This document shows positions 57,721 to 64,000 of a stretch of DNA of 64,000 bases, one piece after another. Source of the stretch: Candidatus Kaiserbacteria bacterium (GTDB taxonomy: Bacteria; Patescibacteriota; Minisyncoccia; Phycocordibacterales; UBA2100); assembly GCA_028286585.1 (NCBI GenBank), contig JAQBRI010000011.1, positions 1,648-65,647 of the forward strand, given 5' to 3'. Each line of letters opens with the position of its first letter. Positions within the stretch are counted from its first letter, which is position 1. The notes beneath the pieces were generated by a model. It saw nothing but the letters and a program-made list of their open reading frames with translations, had not been told where the DNA came from and ran no database searches. The position numbers and the translations under genes are program-made.

Positions 57721-58800
57721 CTAACGAGACAGAGTATATTTGCCATCTGCAGTTCTTTCAAAAAGACTGTGCTGAAGGTTGACAGCGATTGTTGCGTCTT
57801 TAACATAGCGTTCACGTTTGACCCGTTCGATAACTTCTTCCCGCGTAAGTGCTCCTTCGCGAGCAAGGATAGTGCGGATTACATCGCGTACAACTCCTGG
57901 TCCGTATCCCCACTCCTTGAGTGCGTAGAGTCCGCGGCCAACCAAGATAAATCGGCTGTCTTTGATGAGCTCGTTGTGTGTTGTTGCTGGATGCGTCTTG
58001 CGATTAAAGAGTCCTTCGATACCTTTTGCAACTTCGGTAAAGTGCATTGGTGAACCATGACGCTTGATCGTAAGGTATGCAAAATCACGAGTGTTCTTGA
58101 TGCGAACATGTGGTGAATCAGCTCGTCCCCATTCTCCCAAAGGATTACGGTCGACGCGTTTTGATATATGCAGCCAGTGGAGCATCGTCTCGTCGGAAAT
58201 AGTTCGTACGCCTGCAGCTTTAAGATGTCGTGCAAACAATTGCATAAACTCTTCTTCTGGAGACAGAGTTTGTGTTTCGATTGATTGATACAAATTGATA
58301 AGAGCACTTTCAACTTGTTCCATAAGCTGCTCGTCGACAAACCATCGTGCATTAAAATCATTGTCCTCGCGACGCGTATCAAAAACGTGTCCTACCGTAA
58401 GGAGGAACAAAATATGATTGCGATCCGGGGTGGTACGAGCAATCTTTTCGAGAAGCATTTCTTCTGTCAAAACACTGCCCAATGATTGGATGACCTTTTT
58501 AAGCTCTTTAAGGGTTTCGGTGTGCTTACTGTATGCATCTGAATCACGAATTGCGATAATACTGTGATTTTCGATCTGTCGGATGCGCTCACGGGTAACA
58601 TTGTATTGTTTACCAATGGCATCCAGTGTACGTCCATCCCCGCCCGAAAGGCCAAATCGGTCGGTCAACACGTTGCGTGACCGGTCCGAAAGTCCCCCCA
58701 AAAGCTCTTTACTGACTGATTTTGCTGAAAATGTAAGCATATATTGACTATTATTGTTCTGCGTTGCATACGTTGTACCAAATCTAAGGGCTTTCGTCAA
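57721..58800 (-). CDS. sigma-70 region 4 (HTH) domain-containing protein
   Basis: N-terminal LSDRSRNVLTDRFGLSGGDGRTLDAIGKQYNVTRERIRQIENHSI is sigma70 region 4. No regions 2 or 3 are recognisable. The C-terminal ~250 aa are uncharacterised. Confidence 0.5.
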   Translation of the reverse strand: MTKALRFGTTYATQNNNSQYMLTFSAKSVSKELLGGLSDRSRNVLTDRFGLSGGDGRTLDAIGKQYNVTRERIRQIENHSIIAIRDSDAYSKHTETLKELKKVIQSLGSVLTEEMLLEKIARTTPDRNHILFLLTVGHVFDTRREDNDFNARWFVDEQLMEQVESALINLYQSIETQTLSPEEEFMQLFARHLKAAGVRTISDETMLHWLHISKRVDRNPLGEWGRADSPHVRIKNTRDFAYLTIKRHGSPMHFTEVAKGIEGLFNRKTHPATTHNELIKDSRFILVGRGLYALKEWGYGPGVVRDVIRTILAREGALTREEVIERVKRERYVKDATIAVNLQHSLFERTADGKYTLSR

Positions 58801-58888
58801 GGGGTCTTATGTTATCCACAGTCCGTACACAGTTCTCGGTGCTTTTTGGGAAGTGGCTCTAAGCCCTACCCGTGATAGTATTGTCGGA

Positions 58889-60274
58889 ATGGTAATGCCT
58901 GCACGAGTTCCACCCCAAGATGTCGACATGGAGCGCGCCCTTTTGGGTTCGCTTATGTTGAGCCAAAATGCCATGTACGAGGTGTCTGATGTGGTAGGAA
59001 TTGACTCGTTTTACGCAGGAAAACACCGTACCGTCTATGACGCGATGCTCTCACTACATACCAAAGGCGAACCAATCGACGTAGTCACTGTCTCAACAAA
59101 ACTCAAAGAAAGAAAACTACTCAAGGATATCGGAGGCGCGTCATACCTAACAGAGTTGGTAAACGCTGCTGCAAGTCCAGGAAGTGCGCGGCACTACGCG
59201 CAAACGGTGCAATCAAAGTTTGTGCTTCGCAGTCTTATTGATGCAGCTGCAAAAATCAATGACCTTGGTTTTGAGGAGGATCGTGATATCGAACATGTGC
59301 TCGACGAGGCGCAGGCAAGTATTTTTGCCGTATCTCAAGCCCCAATGCTACGAACGTTTACATCGATCAAAGAAGAGCTCGCGGAGGCTTGGGAGCGACT
59401 CGAAAATTTGCAAAAAAACGAAGGTATCACACGAGGTGTGCCTACAGGCTTTCAAGCACTCGACAATCTGCTCTCTGGTTTTCAAAAAGCAGACCTTATT
59501 ATTCTTGCGGCACGACCATCAATGGGTAAGACCGCGCTCGCGCTCGACATCGCGCGCAATGTTGCCGTACAAAGTAATATTGCGGTTGGTATGTTCAGTC
59601 TTGAAATGTCATCCCAGCAGCTTGTCGATCGTATGCTCTCGGCACAGTCGGGTGTAAATTCCTGGCGATTGCGCACCGGTAAAATTAAAGATGATGATGA
59701 GTACGGACGCTTGCAGCACGGTATGGCACAGTTGTCTGAGGCACCAATATTTATCGATGATAAATCGAGCTCTTCTGTATTGGGTATGCGATCGGTTGCG
59801 CGCCGTCTTAAAATGGAAAAAAATCTTGGGCTAATCGTGATCGACTATTTGCAGCTTATAGTTCCTACAAACTCTCGGTCGAGCGATAACATGGTGGCAC
59901 AGGTGACCGAAATTTCGCGATCGCTCAAGTCGATGGCACGCGAACTCGACGTGCCTGTCCTTGCCCTCTCACAGCTCTCACGTGCCGTTGAGCAACGACG
60001 CGGACGTCCCCGCCTGTCCGACCTCCGAGACTCTGGTTCGATCGAACAGGATGCCGATGTGGTTATGTTTATTCACCGCGAAGACAAAATGAGTGAAAGT
60101 TCCGAAAGAAATGGCATGGCCGAAATTCTGGTCGAAAAACATCGAAACGGCCCAGTCGGCAAAGTCGATCTTTTCTTTGATGAAGAAATGACAACTTTTA
60201 AGTCTGTTGATAAAAGTGATTTTGGAGACTTTGCATCTAACGACACGCAGGTGGATACAAATACACCGTTTTAA
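58889..60274 (+). CDS. dnaB: replicative DNA helicase DnaB
   Basis: N-terminal PPQDVDMERALLGSLML. Walker A ILAARPSMGKTALAL. Walker B/H4 LGLIVIDYLQL ... DVPVLALSQLSRAVEQR. ATG at 58889 (the track ORF starts earlier, overlapping the upstream gene). Confidence 0.9.
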   Translation: MVMPARVPPQDVDMERALLGSLMLSQNAMYEVSDVVGIDSFYAGKHRTVYDAMLSLHTKGEPIDVVTVSTKLKERKLLKDIGGASYLTELVNAAASPGSARHYAQTVQSKFVLRSLIDAAAKINDLGFEEDRDIEHVLDEAQASIFAVSQAPMLRTFTSIKEELAEAWERLENLQKNEGITRGVPTGFQALDNLLSGFQKADLIILAARPSMGKTALALDIARNVAVQSNIAVGMFSLEMSSQQLVDRMLSAQSGVNSWRLRTGKIKDDDEYGRLQHGMAQLSEAPIFIDDKSSSSVLGMRSVARRLKMEKNLGLIVIDYLQLIVPTNSRSSDNMVAQVTEISRSLKSMARELDVPVLALSQLSRAVEQRRGRPRLSDLRDSGSIEQDADVVMFIHREDKMSESSERNGMAEILVEKHRNGPVGKVDLFFDEEMTTFKSVDKSDFGDFASNDTQVDTNTPF

Positions 60275-60279
60275 ATAGT

Positions 60280-60882
60280 ATGAATCCGCTCGATAGACTC
60301 AGCGCGCTTTTTGAAAAGTTTCCGGGTATTGGCCCGCGACAAGCCGGACGATTTGTACAGCACGTCGTTCGTGCCTCGCCCTCTGTGCGCAATGAATTTA
60401 TTAGTGCGCTACAAGAAATAGACACTCAGGTAAGACAGTGCCCATCGTGCATGCGTATTCATTCTGGATCACGTGACCTTTGTAACATTTGTGACAACGC
60501 ACGTCGCGATACCTCGACCTTGGCAGTTGTTGCGATTGACGCCGACATACTCGCTCTCGAGCGCAGTGGAACATACAAAGGATTGTACTTTGTGCTTGGC
60601 GGAACAATCGCGCTTACATCCGAAAAAATGAACGGGCTACACATGAGACAGCTGTTTGATTCAATACCCACTCGAGTAGAAAAAGGATTGCGAGAAATAA
60701 TCCTGGCATTCCCTGCAAACCCCGAGGGTGATGCTACAGCGGTGCGTATAAAAGAAGAATTGACCCCAGTCGTTGGCGAAAATTGCCGCATAACAACCCT
60801 TGGTCGCGGCCTCTCGACCGGAAGCGAGCTTGAGTATGCCGACGTCGACACACTGCGTAATGCCTTGGTAAACAGAAAGTAA
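60280..60882 (+). CDS. recR: recombination protein RecR
   Basis: HhH FPGIGPRQAGRF. C4 zinc finger CPSC ... CNIC. Toprim region. 200 aa. Confidence 0.9.
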   Translation: MNPLDRLSALFEKFPGIGPRQAGRFVQHVVRASPSVRNEFISALQEIDTQVRQCPSCMRIHSGSRDLCNICDNARRDTSTLAVVAIDADILALERSGTYKGLYFVLGGTIALTSEKMNGLHMRQLFDSIPTRVEKGLREIILAFPANPEGDATAVRIKEELTPVVGENCRITTLGRGLSTGSELEYADVDTLRNALVNRK

Positions 60883-60883
60883 C

Positions 60884-60912
60884 AAAAAGACCCCTTTCGG
60901 GGTCTTTTTTGC
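60884..60912. terminator. bidirectional rho-independent terminator
   Basis: aaaaagacccc-tttc-ggggtctttttt between convergent recR and rplU. Confidence 0.7.
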
Positions 60913-60927
60913 AAATTCCAGAGAGAA

Positions 60928-61245
60928 TTAGAGAGTAGTGATTCGAACCTTATTGTATGGCTGCTTGTGGCCGTTTTTCTTGAATGAGCGACTCTTTGGT
61001 CGGTATCGGATTACACGAACCTTCTTTTCGCGTCCCTCTTCGATGAATTCAGCGACTACCTTTGCTCCTGCGATATATGGTGCTCCAACTGTTGTTGCTG
61101 CTCCATCGTCGGTCAAAAGTACCTTATCAAAGGTAATGATATCTCCTGCCTTGTGAGCACCTTCAAGCTTTTCGATATAAAGCTGAGTATCGTTCATGAC
61201 GACGTACTGCTTGCCCCCTGTTTCAATAATTGCGATTTTTGCCAT
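60928..61245 (-). CDS. rplU: 50S ribosomal protein L21
   Basis: MAKIAIIETGGKQYVV ... GDIITFDKVLL ... RVIRYRPKSRSFKKNGHKQPYNKVRI matches the bL21 pattern. Confidence 0.9.
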   Translation of the reverse strand: MAKIAIIETGGKQYVVMNDTQLYIEKLEGAHKAGDIITFDKVLLTDDGAATTVGAPYIAGAKVVAEFIEEGREKKVRVIRYRPKSRSFKKNGHKQPYNKVRITTL

Positions 61246-61278
61246 AGATATTGTCTTTGTTTCGCGATTATACTACAG

Positions 61279-62385
61279 CTATTCCTCGCTTGCAATAGCT
61301 GGCTTTTCGAGCACGTCCAATTCCAATCCAGCCTGTGTTCCCGTGATCTTAAGGACGTCCTTGTCTATCTTTCCCAATTCCTTGGTACCGGCGTTGTAGT
61401 GGTTGATTGTGGTCGCGAGCGCAGTGCCCAATTTTTTGTAATATTGATCGTAGGCTTCGATATGGCGCATGAGCATCTCGACATTTTTCTTGATACCTTC
61501 GGCGTCCTTCTCGATTTGGAATGCCTTAAAGCCGTAGAGAACCGACTGTAGATAGGCCGCAAAGGTCGTAGGACTTACGATGACGACCCGCTTTTCGTTG
61601 TAGGCGTAATCGATCATACTGCGCGAATTGATACCGCTCCGAGCGTCTCCTGTAAGAAGATCATAATAAATTCCTTCTGCAGGAATATACATAAACGCAA
61701 ACGGAAGTGTTTTTTCGTCAGGTTTGATATATTTACTCGCCTCATCAATACGCTTTTTAACATCTTTTTTGAATTCTTCGCGATATTGAACTCGCTTTTC
61801 ATCATCGGTCTCCTCGATAAGGCGCATATAATTTTCGAGCGGAAACTTGGCATCAACAGGAATGATTCCTTCTTTGGTATGAATAACCGCATCCACTTTT
61901 TCGCCATTTTTAAATTGGTACTGATTTTCGTACATGCCAGGAGCAAGAATATTTGAAAGAACGAGTTCGAGGGACGCTTCGCCAAGGTTTCCGCGCTGTT
62001 TTTGATTTTTGAGTACCCTCTCTAAACTATTGAGCTGCTCCGCAATTGTAAAAACCTGTTTGGTTGAGGCATTTGTTTCGGCGACACCTTTTGCAACCTC
62101 TTTGAGCTGTGAGTGCACGAGGTCACGAATGTCTGTTGCAAGACGCTGTGACTCGCCAAATTGCGACTTCATGTTTTCGAACATTTGCTTGTTGCTTTCA
62201 AAGGTGAGCTTGGTTCCCTCTCCAAGCGAACGCTCAAGGCTGTTTGCAAGCGCGTTGAGCTGATTTTGAAGCAGCATCATTCCCTGTGAGTCATCGTGTT
62301 TCTTTTGCGGCAGCGTCATGCGATATGCGACAAATCCGACGAGTATAATAAGTACGATAAGTAGTATCAAGACGAGTATTTCCAT
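61279..62385 (-). CDS. rmuC: DNA recombination protein RmuC
   Basis: N-terminal TM, long coiled-coil, C-terminal RmuC nuclease-like region (IPVDAKFPLENY ... MYIPAEGIYYD). Confidence 0.8.
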   Translation of the reverse strand: MEILVLILLIVLIILVGFVAYRMTLPQKKHDDSQGMMLLQNQLNALANSLERSLGEGTKLTFESNKQMFENMKSQFGESQRLATDIRDLVHSQLKEVAKGVAETNASTKQVFTIAEQLNSLERVLKNQKQRGNLGEASLELVLSNILAPGMYENQYQFKNGEKVDAVIHTKEGIIPVDAKFPLENYMRLIEETDDEKRVQYREEFKKDVKKRIDEASKYIKPDEKTLPFAFMYIPAEGIYYDLLTGDARSGINSRSMIDYAYNEKRVVIVSPTTFAAYLQSVLYGFKAFQIEKDAEGIKKNVEMLMRHIEAYDQYYKKLGTALATTINHYNAGTKELGKIDKDVLKITGTQAGLELDVLEKPAIASEE

Positions 62386-62467
62386 GCGCAGATTGTAACA
62401 TATTTGAAGCGCAATTCTTTTTATAATGACACGTAAAATTGGGTTTTTGTGGTATAATTATCAACAT

Positions 62468-62920
62468 ATGATTCTTGAACAAATCCGCAACCAAATCAAA
62501 GACGCAATGCGTGCACGAGACCAGCTTTTGCTCGACACACTTCGCGGCATTATTTCTGCATGTACCAACGAACTTGTTTCAAAGGGACGCAAACCGACAG
62601 ACACACTTACCGATAGTGAAATTATCACTGTCCTCAAGCGCCTTGCAAAACAACGGACTGATGCAGCTGAACAATTTACAAAAGGAGGACGCCCTGAAAT
62701 GGCAGAAAAGGAGCTCAAGGAAAAAACAATCATCGAACAATATTTACCTGAACAAACTTCTCGTGAAGATATCGAAAAGGTGGCAAAAGCAAAGAAGGCT
62801 GAACTTGGTATTACGGATTCAACAGGTGCAGGTAAGCTCATGGGAGCTGTCATCAAGGAGTTTGAGGGCAATGCTGACGGGGCTGTCGTCAAAGAAGTTG
62901 TAGCTTCGCTGTTCGGTTAA
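62468..62920 (+). CDS. GatB/YqeY domain-containing protein
   Basis: MILEQIRNQIKDAMRARDQLLLDTLRGI is the YqeY N-terminus. ATG at 62468. Confidence 0.8.
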   Translation: MILEQIRNQIKDAMRARDQLLLDTLRGIISACTNELVSKGRKPTDTLTDSEIITVLKRLAKQRTDAAEQFTKGGRPEMAEKELKEKTIIEQYLPEQTSREDIEKVAKAKKAELGITDSTGAGKLMGAVIKEFEGNADGAVVKEVVASLFG

Positions 62921-62929
62921 TACATTTGT

Positions 62930-63925
62930 TTAACGAGAAAATGAGCGGATAGTTGCGGCAAATGCGGCACATAAGAATCCAACAAATAACGCTCCGACTA
63001 AGGACACGTAATATATCGAGACGATGACGACGCAGCACAAGAGAATTCGTCCGGCACTTTCTGACATTTCACGAAGTGCTGTATATTCGTCGATATAATG
63101 TCCGCCGTCTGTTGCATGTGTATGGGTAATATATGAACTCGCTCGCGGAATTTTGAGAATAAGTACTACGAGCATCGTAATAGTAAGTAATATTCCAAAG
63201 AGCATGTGCGAACCTCCCGCAATAAGCAAAAGGCATATTGGCCACAATAGTAAGATCGCCGTGTTTTCGACACCAAGAAGCATCGATTGAGTTGCCAAAT
63301 GATGATTTTTGCGCGACAAAAGTCTCGTAAATGTTTCGACATACGCCCATTCAAATTTTTCTACTCGATCTCTAATCGCAATAAGCGGAAGACTTGATAC
63401 AAGTACAATCACGCCTGCTCCATACAAAAGCGTACTCGGCGTAAGAATTGATTGAGCCAAAAGAACGCCTGCCCCAGCTGGCAAAAGCGCAAGCAAAAGT
63501 TCGCGTTCGACATATTGCGGCTGTTCGCCTGCGTAGCGATGCTCTACAACATAGGGCACCCAATACAACGCGCGATACAAGCCAAATAATATTGCAAAGA
63601 GTGATATGCCGAGGCCGGTAAGTCCTCCCCAAGTTCCCACAAAAACGCTGCCTAATATTATAAAAGCAAGAGCGTTGGCTACAACACCAAGTGCAATAGC
63701 ACGCTTGAGGCTGTTGCCCAGATATATTCCACCGTATGGAGTGGCAAGGAGTGTCGTAAGGTGCGTGAGTGCGTAGGCGTAGGTCACATGCAGCAAAGCG
63801 CTCTGCCACGACTCAGAAAGGATAAAGAAGTATTCAAATATAAATATCCATGCAAATATATGCGCTCCGGCAAGTGCCGTGCGCACGATGGTGCGATGCA
63901 GTGTGAGATAGAGTCCCTCGCGCAT
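62930..63925 (-). CDS. hypothetical integral membrane protein
   Basis: About 9 TM helices. No motif recognised. Confidence 0.45.
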   Translation of the reverse strand: MREGLYLTLHRTIVRTALAGAHIFAWIFIFEYFFILSESWQSALLHVTYAYALTHLTTLLATPYGGIYLGNSLKRAIALGVVANALAFIILGSVFVGTWGGLTGLGISLFAILFGLYRALYWVPYVVEHRYAGEQPQYVERELLLALLPAGAGVLLAQSILTPSTLLYGAGVIVLVSSLPLIAIRDRVEKFEWAYVETFTRLLSRKNHHLATQSMLLGVENTAILLLWPICLLLIAGGSHMLFGILLTITMLVVLILKIPRASSYITHTHATDGGHYIDEYTALREMSESAGRILLCCVVIVSIYYVSLVGALFVGFLCAAFAATIRSFSR

Positions 63926-64000
63926 ACAGCTAAACTGTTAGATCATCGCGATGTTGCGTATACGGGGCGCAGAGCGGAAAGAGCGCTACCAAAACGTACC

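Noticed and set aside
60883-60927. Inverted repeats marking the proposed inversion breakpoints
   Set aside because: I could not find convincing matching inverted repeats between 31274-31304 and 60883-60927. The inversion remains an inference from gene order only.
1-64000. CRISPR arrays, cas operons, tRNA/rRNA genes, transposases, integrases, group II introns, DGR reverse transcriptase
   Set aside because: No evenly spaced direct repeats with unique spacers were found. The only DNA-level tandem repeats (20520-20784, 47389-47608) are in-frame coding low-complexity. No intergenic region showed tRNA T-loop or acceptor features or rRNA-like conserved stretches. No protein has DDE transposase, tyrosine or serine recombinase, or RT motifs.

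Overview
This is a gene-dense 64-kb chromosomal segment from a low-GC bacterium (roughly 40-43% GC by eye). It uses the standard genetic code: TGA, TAA and TAG all terminate ORFs. Several ORFs in the track start with TTG or GTG, so where a nearby ATG gives a better N-terminus I report that start. Housekeeping genes are recognisable from motifs: cysS, leuS, rpmA (L27), rplI (L9), rplU (L21), dnaB, recR, mnmA, purC, ychF, an RdgB/HAM1 NTPase, ogt, mltG, rmuC, an M16 peptidase pair, an S41 protease, fur, and MarR with an MFS pump. They are interspersed with an unusually large set of secreted or surface proteins: Ig-like repeat proteins, Thr-rich repeat proteins, a G1/eqolisin-type glutamic peptidase, an LTA-synthase-like sulfatase, a GH6 cellulase and a second TIM-barrel glycoside-hydrolase-like protein that share a repeated ~95-aa module. 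Several small hypothetical membrane proteins are also present. The gene content fits a reduced-genome, Gram-positive-like or Patescibacteria-like lineage, but taxonomy cannot be established from sequence alone. No rRNA, tRNA, CRISPR array, transposase or integrase was found. The most unusual signals are listed here. (1) leuS carries a ~135-aa NUDIX-fold insertion at the position of the leucyl-specific domain. (2) A convergent pair of zinc-ribbon + DUF4145/HEPN-like paralogs sits between cysS and leuS. (3) The normally adjacent rplU and rpmA genes are 30 kb apart on opposite strands, consistent with a ~29.6-kb inversion. (4) There are two or three higher-GC patches (about 2.36-2.89 kb and 28.0-30.85 kb). 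The second carries an exonuclease-methyltransferase operon and a 2OG-Fe(II) oxygenase. (5) An aldo/keto reductase is split by a +1 frameshift in an A10 homopolymer. (6) Candidate nucleic-acid-targeting genes include an orphan Cas4/RecB-like Fe-S nuclease and an ATP-cone-Mrr endonuclease fusion. (7) A Lys-rich micro-ORF with its own terminator lies downstream of rplI.
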